A DNA stretch of 64,000 nt from the NCBI RefSeq assembly GCF_036588685.1, contig NC_086383.1, positions 62,868,001 to 62,932,000 on the forward strand, read 5' to 3'. The notes under the pieces are model-generated. The model did no database searches. It was given only the letters and a program-made list of their open reading frames with translations, and was not told the DNA's origin. This document shows, in pieces, positions 11,201 through 26,200 of this stretch. The DNA is from Mytilus trossulus. Its lineage: Eukaryota. The position numbers and the translations under genes are program-made. Within the stretch, counting starts at the first letter, position 1. Each line of letters starts with the position of its first letter.

Positions 11201-14200
11201 ACTCAGGCAAATTTACCCAAATTTGGCCGCAATCATCGTGTAAGTCTTTATATAAAAATGTTTCAGATGACCCCGCCTATCAATCATTATTGCTGATATA
11301 TCTATTTATAGAACATAGGGGTAAAATGCAAGTTTTGTCTTCTATTGTTTTAAGCTTCATAGATAGAGAAAATCGGAAAGGTACAGATATGTTCAGAATA
11401 ATGCACTCTACCAACGATCCAATCGATCAACGTCAAAGTGAAATTTTTACTGTTGATGTCAACTACAATTTCGAGTCAACAAAGAGTTAACGCAATGTGT
11501 TCATGAAGAGTACGAATTGAATTTTCACGCATATCTTCATGCTTGATCTTCTCTAGGCTGAAGTTCTTATCAAACTTGGTCCATCCAACATTATAAAAAG
11601 TAATAAAAAGAAAGTCACTTTAACATTTTGATAAACGGAGGCTTTTGATATAAATAAGTAGGAACAATTGTATATTATAATCGAATGTGTTTCTTATTCC
11701 TGCGTGTTTTAAAATATTGAACTGTCACTTAACGTTGTCTTTTCTTTTTGCGTTAATCTCGATATTGTCATACTCGCGCGAGGTTTGGCTAGCTATACTA
11801 ATGTTTATTCATGCATTCTTTAAATTTTAAAATGTCCTGTACCAAGTTAAGAATTCTTTTTTTTTTGTATTTGATTCGTACATCTGAATAGAATAACTAA
11901 TCAGAAAAGCATTTAAACTGATGAATTTTGAACAGCGGTATACTACTGTTGCCTTTATTATTCATAAAAATAAATGAAGGTTATTTTCTATTCTATTTTA
12001 GTTTTTTTTGTTTCATCGTCAAACTTTCAAATATCATGGCATACATCTTTGTGAGTTGATTAACCCCAATTTTAAATAAGGAATGATCCTTAAAACGTTT
12101 TCTGTCAATGATGTTCAAATCTTAATATTACCAAACTTTCCGTTAACTAGATGACACTATTGATATTTTAGGGTGGTACCCCTTCATCAAATACTGGACC
12201 AACAAAGGCAGCTTCCGGAAGTTACTACATGTACACAGAGGTGTCAAACGTACAGAATGGGGATAGAGCTGTACTTACAACACAAACAGCTAGCTTAACG
12301 GGTATGTTCAACCCACCATTGTTTCCTTAGAAAGTCCTGTGCCAAGTCAGGAAAATGGCCATTGTTATATTATAGTTCGTATCTGTGTGTTACATTTTAA
12401 TGTTGTGTTTCTGTTGGGTCGTTGTTCTCCTCTTATATTTGATGGGCTTCCCTCAGTTTTAGCATGTAACCCGGATTTGTGTTTTTTTCATCAATTTATG
12501 AGTTTCGAACAGCGGTATACTATTGTTACCTTGTTGAATAATAAAGAAACAACACTTTATACAGATTATTTGTCCGTAGAAGTTTTTCAAATTTGTCAAT
12601 TTCGAACATCTGAAACCAAATTACTAAATGTAACAAATATCAATTAAAATGAACCAACACACGTAATGAGATATATAAAACAGTAACGTACTATTTTGAC
12701 ATTATTAAAATATATCTATTTTTCAGCAAGTAGTTTCTGTCTGTCATTCCAGTATCATATGAAGGGCGCGCCTGGAACATTAAAAGTATTTGCTGGAGAC
12801 AAAAATTCTTCTTTAACAAGTATCTGGGAGAAATCTGGAGTGCAACCATATCCTGAGCAATGGAAATATGTTAATATACAAATACCACAATTCAATAACC
12901 CAGTTGTAAGTATGTTGTTATTTTATTAGGATTTAGTGATCTTTAACTATATGTTGTATTTTTTTTAAAAAACAACAAAGACTCGGTATCCTCATTTGTA
13001 ATGAAGTCAAAGAAAATGTAATGGGATTGAATTTCGTAAAACTGCAGAGTTCTGTTTTAGTTTAAAATTCTGTCATTTGCTTAGGCACTTATCGTTGAGA
13101 CATCTCCTTGAAGGATCGTTTTTGTTGTTTTTGTTGTATTTTTCTTGTCACATGTATGTGTGTGACCAAACAATGAAATTGACGTAGATGCAAACTACAA
13201 TTCATGCAATAACTCAAATAGCACCAGATATTCTGAGGAAAAAAAGATGTAGAAAACTGGTTTAAAAAAGGACCCACTATTATAACCGATTAATTAAATA
13301 TCTATATAATAATTCGGTACTGACTTGATTTTATAGTTTACTATTTAAATGAACCATTTAGAAATTTTGTAATTAAACAGTAACTAAGTTTCCAACTGCC
13401 TCATGTAAAGTCAGCTTTAGATGAACTTTGCTAAAAATTTTGCCCTGTTTTGTTTACAGCTCTTCAACGTTTACGGTCCGGTCCGTAATTATCATTGGCT
13501 TTTAAAAAGTGTCTTTGAGCGTTCCAGATGAAAGTACATGTATATCCAGAAAATCGCTTCCAATGCATTGAATTCATTTAACGTGTTGTTTTTATATTTG
13601 TACATGTATATACATACTTACAATGTAGACATACCAGACTTTGCTGTTTCCTTCTGGTTATCCAGCAGTAAAAGAAATAGTCTAAATTTTTATTTACTTA
13701 CCCAACTTTAGGTAGCACAATACAAAGATTTTATAACTCCAACTCCAAAATTTTAAAATGCTGTTACTTTCTTAATAATGCTTGAACATTTATAAAAGTG
13801 GTAGTTTTGGATAAGTAACAGATTACACTTTCAAATTAATGCAATGTTAGTATTATGCAACAATTTTGTAACCAATTATAATGTTAGCTGTGTCTAAAAT
13901 ATTGTTCACAAAATTTCCACTTTCAAATGAATTTAGCTTCTGCATATGTATCCCTAGAGGGTTGATTTAAATATATGTTGTTCCTATGGCCATTATTTAC
14001 AAAAGAGTGTCTCAAATTTCAGATAGAATGTCTAGAACAAATTTGACACCTAATTAAACATTATTTTCTTTTATATGGTTAGGATCTTTACACTAATTAG
14101 AGATTTATGAGAGAATGGAATACCATAGAGACAATCTGAGACACACTTTTCAAGCCAATGATGTGTTGATTAAGATTTCGTTAAAATTTTCTGTTTAGTT

Positions 14201-17200
14201 AAAGAGATGATAGAGCTAAATTCATTCAAGTGAACTTACCCTGATTTTTCCAGTAGTTATATAATAATTGATTACATAATGATTGCATCATAAAAATATT
14301 GCATTCATTTAAAAGATTAATCTTTTATCCATCTATATATACCTCTTTTATTATTTTCTATGCATTCATAAGAAAGTTACAGCATTTCAAGGGTTAGTGA
14401 TTGGAAGAAAAAAAATCTTTGTATTGTGCTACCTTAAATGTCTAATGCGCATACACTAGTAGCACGATTTCAGTCTGAAACGGGCATTTTTGTCTGATCA
14501 CATTTTGATTGTCTGGATTTACCGCTAGAGAAAATCGTCAAGATTTTTAAGATCGTTAAGTCGCCGTTCAGATCGATAGCCTCATCAGGTAAATCAGTTC
14601 GTTAAGCCTTGTCAAGACGGAAAAGACTGAATCATCTAGCGGGTTGTTTAGACCCGTTAAGACCGTGTCATACCAAAACAGACCATGTATACAAAATTAC
14701 GTTCAAAATTTTCAGAACTTGTTTAGATCCGTTCATTATACCGGTTTCATACCACGAGTTGCGCCCCTTCTACTCGATTACGTACTTTAGATTAATATGT
14801 ATATATGTTTTTAAATTAGGATTTGTTTGAAGTATATTTTGATTAATTAAAAAAAAAAGATTAAATTTCATGTTGATTCTTTATTTCTTTTCTTGTTTTG
14901 TTAATGAACTATATATGTTGTTTATTTTTTTTTAAATGTAAGTTTTATTAAAATATATATTGGTAATTAAATCCAAGGACGTATGTTAATTGTATACACA
15001 CCAGAATGTATCCCATAAATTAAACCTTAAAATGTTGTGAATACCGGTGAAAATGTTTTTCGTATTTGAAGATTAGTAACGGAAAATCCTAAACGTAACC
15101 TAAATAAAGGCAACAGTAGTATACCGCTGTTCAAAACTCATAAATCCATGGACAAAAAACAAAATCGGGGCAACAAACCAAAACCGAGGGAAACGCATTA
15201 ACTAAAAGAGATAAGGATCCACAGAAATGCAGCGGAGGCAAATTAACACATGCAAATTTTTGTTGTATGTATGACATTTGCTTTAATTCGTTTTCTGTTG
15301 ATATATGTCCTAGTTAACCGTTGAATATGTTGCTTTTTGTTTGTATGTTTATTTTTTTAGTGCGATTTACTCTGTTAAAGTTGGAAAAAAAATATTCCCG
15401 ACATCCGGAAATTCGAAAAATGACTTCTCGGATCCCGAAACCTGAGCATAATATTGCATTTATTCAGCCTCTGTCGGGACGGTGTTAAAGTATCACCGAA
15501 TAAAAATGTTCATTCAAACAATGTATCCTTATAATATTTATTTTCTAATCAATATGATATGTATATAGTACTTAGTACTTAGTATATATATATATGGCGT
15601 TAATTTAAAAAAATCTGTTTTAGTTAAAATGGTCGAGTTCGATGGCACGTGCTAGTAATCAACCGGGTCAACAGGTAACAAAATCAATGATCCATAACGT
15701 AAGAAAGTACATGCTTGTTATATATTACAATTACTCTCATCATCATTCTTAATAGAAAGGTGCCCTAGGGCTGAACGTTAATAAATAATTAATGAATTTG
15801 TGTATTCACGTATTAGTGATGTCTGGTATTCAGTTTTTAATATACATGCTTATTTTTTCAAGTTTTTAAATTGAGCAAAAAAACATGAACTGTTCGGAAT
15901 TTGTTTAGTATTCAAAAGAAACTTTTCGCTTCTATTCTGATATAGTTTAGAGAGTATTCCGATAAATTGTGTCAGTTAAATAAAGTACTGTGTATTTGTA
16001 TTTTATTTATTTTGTCCTAATTGTATCATTATAATATACATTTTGTATTTCACTACTATATAAACTATAAGTTGTAATGTGATTGATTATTGGTTGTTTA
16101 AAGTCCAGTGGCAAATATTTCATGCATTTCCAGGACCAGCTGTAAGTTTATGACATATATGGAACTCACCGGTGTAGTTTTCACGTGTTAAAATAGTTAA
16201 AGAATAATTAATTTTTAAAATATCGAAACATAAAGGAGGCAAGGCGCTTGGAATACCCGCACTTCAGTTCGTTTCTCTGTTTTGTCTTAAAAAAGTAATG
16301 TTATTTTGTTTTATATGTTAATATAATTTACGATAACTGCGGTGTATTCGTGCTGTCAGACGAAATATGAATATGTGCCCTTTAAATGTTTTTTTGTAAT
16401 ATGGATCGTTTGCTTTCGTATTGACGTTTAACACGCAGCTTTAATTACTGACTGTGATGTATGTAGAAATTGAAACGTACTAGAGAATGAAGGATGCAAG
16501 TCCAAGCTTTGAATTAAAATGGTCATTCAATAGACTAACAAATAATAGAACAAGTGTAAGTGTTGGAATGACATATACAATATATCACCTTGTGCATTGT
16601 CGAAGAATTTAAATTTGATTTTACATTGGTAACTGGACAAAATTGAAGAGAGACAGTCCAATCTTTTCTCTTTTTTGTTACGAGTACAAATAAACTGTTC
16701 TTAGTTATTTCGTAAAGCATTTCCTTTAAATAATAAAATCGCGCGTGATCTAAAAAATACTCACATTGCAGTGTACTATACTGCTTTCGAGAAAAATTAT
16801 ATCAAATTATAGAGCAGTCTAACGGCTCCAACTAAAAATTTAAACGCTTTTATGTTGGGGGTTGGGTCTACCATTTAGTTTGACAGATCCAATCATACAA
16901 GCTGTTTCACCCTTTTTATTGTGATGATTGGGAATTTGCATTAAGCCGTTGGTCACGTGTTGATCACGTGCCGAGTGGCACACGCTGATTTAAAAGTCAT
17001 TTAACTTCACAATTACTATAGCTATTGATACCATAGATATGAGTTATATACTAATATTCTCTTATATCCATGTTCTCCGGGGCCTTAAAACGTCGTTTAG
17101 TTAGAGCCATTAGTGCTAAAACTTTCTTCTTAGTGAACTAAAAAATCTTTTCCGGTATATACACAACGGACTCGACACTTTTCTCAATATTTATCAATGA

Positions 17201-20200
17201 TCTAGTAAAGGAATTGAACAATCTAAACGTAGGAATAGATTGAGATTATAGAATATTGTCAGTTTTATTATATGCGGACGACATAGCTATATTAGCGAAA
17301 TTGGAATTGGACCTTCAAGGTATGTTGGATAAACTTCACCAATGGTGTAAGCGATGGCGAGTATTGATTAACACTGAAAAGTCGAAATGTATTCATTGTA
17401 GGAAAGGGAAATCTAAACAAACTGAGTGTAATTTCACCGTGGGCAGGAATAAGTTGGAATTAGTTAACGAGTCCAAATATTTACGTATAACATTTAGCTA
17501 CAACGGTAGTTTTTTGTCAAATGTGGATCTTCTTGCGAAAAGTGGCGGACGAGCACTTGGGAATATAATTGCTAAAATCCATAATGTTAACATGATTAAG
17601 GACTTTGGATATAAATCATATGAAACATTATTCAACTCAGGTATTGTTCCTATTCTTGATTACTCGTCTGGTGTATGGGGATACCTACAATATCAGCTAA
17701 TAGACAATATTCAGAACAGGGCTATTCGTTACTATTTAGGAGTACACAGATTTGCGCCTATCCTGGCTATACAAGGATATATCGGCTGGATCCCGAGTCA
17801 GTATCGGCGTTGGATCAATATGGTGAGATACTGGAATAGACTCATTCGATTTGACAACAACCGCATCACCAAATCAGCATTGAATATTGACTATGATTGT
17901 TGTGAAAGTAACTGGTGTAGAGTAGTAAAGGATATACTGGACCAGCTTGATCTAGGACATTTTACGAACTGAAATCAGAGGTCGGTTTATCTTTGGTTGA
18001 AACTAACATTTTTCGTGAATTTGAACTTGAGTAAAACTAAGCGGTCACAATTTCGATGTGGAATTTTACCATTAAGAGTGAAAATTGGTAGATACTCAAA
18101 CGAGAGGATAGAAGACAGACTTTGTATATTTTGTAAAAATCAAGAAACTGAAAGCTTAATTTTTTTATCACAAATATTTTTATGTCTATATATTTTTGAA
18201 ATTTACTTACGTCAACAAAAGATTAGAACGTGATATAATTGTTTAATAATTGTTTTACTTTATTTGAGGTGACTTATAGGTCCATTGGGCCGGGTGTATT
18301 ACTTTTTATCATATATTATATGTTTATAATCTGTACATAATTTACAAATGTCACTATAATAAATAATTTAATTACTTAATTACTTACTGTACACGTAAAA
18401 CACGAATTTGGTAATTGTCATTGTTTGTCGGGAATACACGTATTTGTCATAATTATCCATTCATTTGACTGTTTCTCCCCGAGGGCTAATCATAAACTAT
18501 GCCATACGGCATGGAGAGATTACTAGAATACTTTGAAAGGGTTAAAGCTATTATTTCGTACCCAACTGTATTTAAATTTTAATTCATTTACTTATTTACT
18601 CATTCATCAATTTTATATCAAATTTTTGCTCTCTAAAATTTTATTAATTGTTTTAGTTCGAAATTATGTTAATTACCACATGATTAAAAATTAAATATTT
18701 AATGCCAAATAAGGCGCAAGCCAGAGCCGACCGTAAAAGGGCTGTATAATCAGTCAAGGTCGTTAAAAACTTCCAATTGTTCAAATGTATTTGACAGAAA
18801 AAACAGTTATAGTGTATTCATTCTTCACACAAAAAATAGAAGTAGAGAACGAAGACGACCTATGCACAAATTACACTAATTTTCAGAGAGGATTTTTTAC
18901 ATGCTTGATCGTGATCAAGTGTTTATATTATCTTGAATTAAATCGAAATACCCAAATAAAGTTTTAAGCGTCGTAAAACTATATATGCAGCAACGGATGC
19001 AGACATTATTTCTCGCTGCATTGAAGACCATTTGGTAACCTTCTGCTGTTGTCTTCTCTATGATCGGATTGTTGTCTCTTTGACACATTCCCCATTCCCA
19101 TTTTCAATTTTGTTATAATGACTTTTGTGTGTATGAACACTATTCCTTAAAAATTGTTATATATTTCAATGATTTCTAACGAAATATTAACAAAACGTTC
19201 GCCTTGTATTTTTATAATTAATACTTTTATTGTCATATAAATAAAAAGAACTAATCTCTGACAAACATAACATATATACAAGATTATACAGTACAATATT
19301 GAAATACAAAATGTAGCAGTTCAAATTATTGTTTTGGGTCTCCCGTCCTCAGTTCTAATGACTCTTATTAAGGAAACTGTATTTTTAATTTGACTGTGAG
19401 ATATGAGTTTAGTAATATTCTAAATTGAAGCATGTTTTCTTTAGAAGTGTTTTTCGACTTCGAATTGATTTTTTCGTGGAGTCAAAATATCTTTTTTTCT
19501 ATAAAAGTTATATATATCATGTAAATAGTAAGAACATTTGAGAAAGAAGTGTTTTTCGTCCTCAATCTCATTACATAATTTGCAATATCTCTGATATCTA
19601 GGAATCTTAAGATGTCTGACCTTTTCTATTAAAAGAGTGTGTTCGCTAATATTATTCCATTATTCCAATTTCCTACTTTTTTCCCTATGAATTGTAAGTT
19701 TGCTATTTGTTCAATTCACAATTTCCTTTTTGTCCAATCAGAACATCCAATCAACATCATGGCATAATGCTGTTAGCTTTATCAACGTTATTTCCAAATG
19801 CAATTAGTAACTCAAAATTATGAATGAATCCACCGTTTCACAATTTACAGCTACAGGTTCAAATGAGGTACCGTATGAGAGTAAGTTAGGGACATTATAT
19901 ATTTCCTATGTATATATATGATAAAAATGCCCCTTCATAAATTATCTGGCTGGGAATCATACTCAAACCAATGTGATATCTTATCTACAAAAAAAATATA
20001 CATTAAGAATTAAGTATTTATTACATCTATTACATTCGACATGTATATCATAAAATTAAATAAGTCAATACCATTTATACTATTTTATATATAACTACAT
20101 GTATTTGATTTGTCATATTTGTAGTAATAATAATTCAACAAATTCTTTTAATAATACTTTTTTATTTCAAAATAGAATTTGTAGAATATTACTACATACA

Positions 20201-23200
20201 TGACAAGGCAAATAGTATGTATAGATTATAACATATATTTAAGTTCTACAAAATTTAGAGAAAACAAATCATTGATAACAATTCAGGGGCGGGTCTAGCC
20301 ATTTTGAAAAGGGCGGTTCCTAACCCAGGACAAAGGGGGGGTTCCAATTACAGGTCCCCATTCAAATGCATTGATCCTCCAAAAACGGGGGTTTCAACCC
20401 CGAGAACCCTCCTTTGGATCCGCGCCTGCAAATTAATGAAACATGCCTGGAAAAATCTTAAATTTCTCTGTCTCGTTAAGGACGCAATGCTGTCACATCA
20501 TGTGGAATCAGGGCACAATATCAATACACTCTCTTTTTTTTTGCCCCAGGCAATTTTGAGGTTATTGCATATGCAAACCCAAGCCTTGAAGGTATTTATA
20601 ACAAATATGTGATAAATTCTAATTATTGTACATCACCCACCAGTGGCTATGTTCCGGACCATATGAGTATTTGGACCATACGCGTATGGTCATGAACATA
20701 TGCGTATCCTCATATGGTCCGACCATACGCGTATGGTCCGACCGTACGCGTATGGTCCGACCGTACGCGTATGGTCGGACCATATAAGTGTATACTCGTT
20801 TGGTTATAAACGGGACGGACCATATGAGTATTTGGACCATACATGTATAGGTATTTTTTTTAATAATATACATGAGAAAACTTTATAAAATAGCAATGAT
20901 TGCTACATGCAATTGTATTATTTACAATTCAATCAACATTAAATAGTGAAGCCAAAATTAGTTTTCATCGCTAATTGTATTCTTGCATGGATGCGTAGGG
21001 TGACCTTTACATCCACACGGTATACCATAGATTTTATTGGGTCCTGGGTCATTCCGATATGTCTACGGTGAAAAAGCTCTAGATCTCAAATATCGTAACA
21101 TCATCATGACGGAGTACATCTTATCACCAGACAACTTTAAAAAAACAAACTTGTGTCTTTGCCGGTGACGTCATTAATTTTTTTTAACTTGACAAAACAC
21201 GTAAAAGTATAAAAAATTATGAATATTGCATTGCTAATGCTAATCATATTAAGTTTCAAAAGTAAGCAATTTATTTGACTCTTTGTCCTGTCGACTTTTA
21301 CGTCAGGTTATAGTAAAACAGTTGACTTCTTGTGTAATAGTTCATTAAAATATTTTTGGAAGTTATCTTCCCAGGTAGACATTTTGTCATGCATTCACTC
21401 GTAATAACATATCGGTATTAAATGAAAAAATATGTGTTTACTATAGTTTTGACTAGTGATGAAATTAACTGTGTGAAACTGCTTATTTTATTTTGTTAAT
21501 CTTGGTATTACTAATTTTAAATGAAAAAGTGACCTTTTGTAGTGTATTTTAAATGACGTGACAACTAGACGGGGTACATAAAGAGGTTAGCATAAATATA
21601 CCTTTTAGTTACCCCGACCATACGCGTATGGTCGGACCATATGAGTATATACCCAAATGGTCATAACCATACGCGAATGGTCCAAATACTCATATGGTCC
21701 GGAACATCTATATAAATAGATTCATCATCATCATGATCATTGTAACATGTGAAGATTGGTTGGTTATGGGTTATAAAAAAATCCAGTAACAAATATTTCA
21801 TAAAAATTTTAGGACGTGACAGTTATCAATACATTATTAAACATACAATACATATGAATATGTAGGGTTACTCCATCAGGGGGTTAGGTCTGGTAATAGG
21901 CCATCCCCACAACTAAACCATTGTGAATACACACAAGGGTTTAGGCAATACACTTGTGTGTATCCAGCCCTTTAAAAGGGGGAATTTAAACCATATTTTA
22001 TATGTACCCTTTTCAAATCATGCATTCATCTTCCAGAAAAAGGGGGGTCCAATCACAGGAACAATTTTTTTACTAGCCCAAATTCTTACTTTGCCTTTGA
22101 ACAATTTACTGTGCAAAAATTTTGTGTATTAGAACGTCGATTCATACCTGTATGCAAAAATGTTAACATTTTTCCTTCAAACTCTTGGGCGGATCAATGA
22201 TTATATTCATGACTGATAGGCATGTTTTAAAATATTATTAATTTCTACTCACTAATTGTAATTTCCAGCTCAGCTTATACTGTACTGTAGTGTCCATCTA
22301 CCATGTCAACGATTTTATGTAAAATAAGTTTGCCATTTGAAGCTGCCGACATGCGACAAGTAAAGAGGGTACGGTAACGTTAAATCGTTTACGGGCATAT
22401 TTTCCGTTTTTAATAAAAACTTGTCAGATTTGATTAATTATCGTCGGAAAATGACCCTAATGGATAGTAATTCAAATTAAACCAGCTTTATTATGCTGTA
22501 TTCATGTAATATATATAACCTGGTCTTTAACTGTACTTCAGGTACACTGGCCTTTTTCTGCTATAATATTCAAACTTTATTTTTTAACGAACTCTTCTGG
22601 TATGTAATTTTTTTTTATAAAAGGCTCTCGAATAATAAACACATTAAAAAATAAAGATGGAAAGTCAAACGCATGAGTCTGGCAAAAATGAACGGACAAT
22701 GGCATGACATTAAACGGAAAACGATAAAAGACATATATTCTAGTTATATATATATATTTTTCCCTGCCTCAAATTTACTCAAATTCAATTTATATAGCTA
22801 ACATTTAAAGTTAAATGAGAATGCATTCATTTACAATATTAATAGAATGCTACATCTTAAATTTAATTAATCATAATTATAAAGATCACGCATTTTCAAG
22901 TGTTCACTGCCGACATCCGTAATTATTTGATAAGGGTGTAAAAATGATCTATTGCGTCAACATGACAAATTTTTCGCCACTTACGACAGTCTGTTATTGC
23001 AAAAACATGTATTGCAATCACTTGTAAACCTTTAATATAAAGGTTCAGGTGCTTACATTCAATGAATAAATGTTATTTCGGCAATCTGTTTATTTTTTTT
23101 AGTCAATTCGCGGCGGTTTGTTCAGCAGTATGACTTTGAGCTACTTTTTAAAATATACAAAACATGTTAAATAGAAAGTAGTAAGAATACAAATGGAATA

Positions 23201-26200
23201 TTTTTCATATTTAATTAACATGATTAAAGGGACGTGGTAGACTTTCAGTTAAAATAAACCAATAAACCGTCTTCTTTCTATTTTTTTTAAAAGGGGAGCA
23301 ACCCCTGATAAACAATGAGAAAGTTTCACTCGTTTTGTGTCCAAATGATTAAAATCTGAACACGACTAGACACGGTTTGACAACGTCTCGACGTGACTTT
23401 GTATCCATTATCTGTTTTGGTCTGACACGGTCTTAACGGGTCTAAACAACCCGCTAGACGATTCAGTCTTTCCCGTCTTGACATGCCTTAACGAATTGAT
23501 TTACCTGATGAGGCTATCGGTCTGAACGGCGACTTAACGATCTTAAATATCTTGACGAATTTCTCTAGCGGTAAATCCAGTCAATCAAGATGTGATCAGA
23601 CCAAAATGACCGCTTCAGACTGAAATCGTGCTACTAGTGATATGTACACGTTATCCGCCATATATTTGAAATACTTGTTTATTTTTTTGGTTTGTATTGA
23701 AACTTTCATTTTTTTTTACTTGTATACGTAATTGAGTTGGAGATGTACAAAAAACAATACGAAATAAATGTCTGATGAAAATCACTCTGTTCTTATAAAA
23801 TTATGAATATTACAGTGATTATTCTCATAAGAGAAATATAAAAATGCTTAAAAAGACATTCTGTCTCGGACATTTGATTGAAGTTTTAAATTTCTACAAG
23901 TTTGAGCTTTCAAAAAAGCTACGGACTGCTCAGCTCTATTCCAATTCATTTAAAGTCATATTTGTGCATGTTGTTGTTTGTTCAGTACTGGAAATATAGT
24001 ATCTTCAGATCTTGATATATATAAAAGTGATGATTTAGTTTTAAAATATCAATTTTGGTTTACATACAGTATTAAGATGAACTTTTAAACTGGCTGTTTA
24101 GTAACAGTTTACTTATGTCTGCAGCGGACTATCAGAGAAGATTTATTTTTGTTCACTAAACTTGTTGAACATTCAAACATTTGAGGAATGACTGTAATAT
24201 TTTGTTTCTGTCTATGAAATACATAACATTAAAAATGGGATGCACACTGAATAACGCGCGTGGCGTATGGAACGCCACACCTGTCTTATGTGGAACCCTG
24301 GTATTACTTTATGTTGTTTTATCATTACTTAATAATAGTTTGTCTTTATTTGATATGGTTTTGACTTTACGTAATGATGTTTAAATATTACTGAATATGT
24401 AATAGTTATTACTTAATGACATTTCGATATTACACGATGTGGTTTCGTATTGACTTGATATAGTTTCGTTATTATTCAATATGGTTTTGTCTTTACTCGA
24501 TGTGGTTTAACCATTATTTAATATGGTTGTGTCATTAGTCAATGCTGTTTTAACATTACTTGATGTGTATGTGACTTAACGTAATTTAATTGTTTCATTA
24601 TATGATATGATTTTGTTATTTCGTATTGATGATTTGTCTAGTCTTTATATGGTTTTAACATTACGTAATGATGTTTCAACACTACTTGATGTGTTTGTTT
24701 CATTATTTGATGTGGTCTTGTCATTCTTTGATGTGGTCTTGTCATTCTTTGATGTGGTCCTGTCATTCTTCGATGGAAAATTTACAAAAATAGGGCGTTT
24801 TCATATACATGTGTAACTAGTTGTAACTTGAACTCTGCCTTTAAATGTGACTTAAATTCGAAGTCCAACTCGATAACCAATTCTCACTAGAACTTAAATT
24901 ATAAGCTTGACTTCTATTCGAAAACTAACTCATAGTTTATCTTAAACAGTAAGCCGAACTGTATTTGAACACTAATTAGATGGATGGCCAAACGCATTCA
25001 AGGCACATACAATATGGAAATCTATCTAAAAATATAAAGGGTTTTTCCGAATTTGTCACGTGGTTTTACCTAATCAAGTAATGGGATAACCACATCAAAT
25101 AATGACAGGACCACATCAAAGGTTGACAAGACCACATCAAATAATGAAACAAACAAATCAAGTAGTGTAAAATGGTCAAATGTTGAAGCACCATTACGTA
25201 ATGTTAAAACCATATAAAGAAAAGAAAAATCATCATTACGAAATAACAAAACCGCATCATGTAATGAAACAACTACATTACGTTAAGTCACATACACATC
25301 AAGTTATGTTAAAACCACACTGACTTATGACGCAGCCATATTAAATAATGGTGAAACCACATCGATTAATGACCAAACCATCTTGAGTTATGACAAAACT
25401 ATATCAAGTCAATACAAAACCATATCGTGTTATATCAAAATATCATTAAGTAATGACTATTCTATATTGAGTTATATTAAAACACCATTACAAAATGTCA
25501 AAACCATATCAAATAAAGACAAACCATTATTAAGCAACGATAAAACAACATAAAGTTATATCAGAGTTCCATAGAACCTTTTTAAGATATTTGAGATTTA
25601 AAATATGACTTGAAAAGGCTGACTTGGACCATTACTTTATATTTGCATTGGTATTATTTGGGTCTCAAAACAAAAGAAAGGAAATCAAGAATTTTCGTAA
25701 ATTTTTAGAAATGACCTTTCATGAGCTATAAAAAAAAATAATGGGTGTTTTACGAGGAAAAATATTTTAACTTGAATTGTATGGAAAAACAGAAAGGAGT
25801 CTGAACATTTGACACGAATTCCAAAATTTACCTAAGAACGTCCTTAAGAAAAGTCTGAAATTCTGTTTCTTATTGAATCACAAAGCTGTTGATGTATCTC
25901 AATCGCATTATACAGCAACCAATAGCATATATATGTGATGGGTAAATAGTTATCAAAGGTGCCAGGATTATACTTTAATACGCCAGACGCGCGTTTCGAC
26001 TAAATAAGACTCATCAGTGACGCTCGGATCAAAAAAAGAAATAAAGCCATACAAGTAAAATGTTGAAGAGCATTGAGGACCCAAAATTCCAAATGATTGT
26101 GCCAAAATACGGCTAAGGTTATCTATTCCTGGGATAAGAAAATCCGTTGTTTTTCAAAAAAAAACAACAGGAAAGTATTAGGTCCAGTAAAACCCTTGTT

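Larger units (their letters stand above)
14454..23639. mobile_element. 9.2-kb CACTA/EnSpm-like non-autonomous element with long TIRs and nested insertions
   Basis: Termini CACTAGTAGCACGATTTCAGTCTGAA and TTCAGACTGAAATCGTGCTACTAGTG. About 230-bp TIRs (14454-14682, 23411-23639). ATA on both sides gives a 3-bp TSD. No transposase seen. Confidence 0.88.

Noticed and set aside
17256-17972. Longest ORF (238 aa) as a host gene
   Set aside because: It is a fragment of a truncated LINE RT, bounded by stops.
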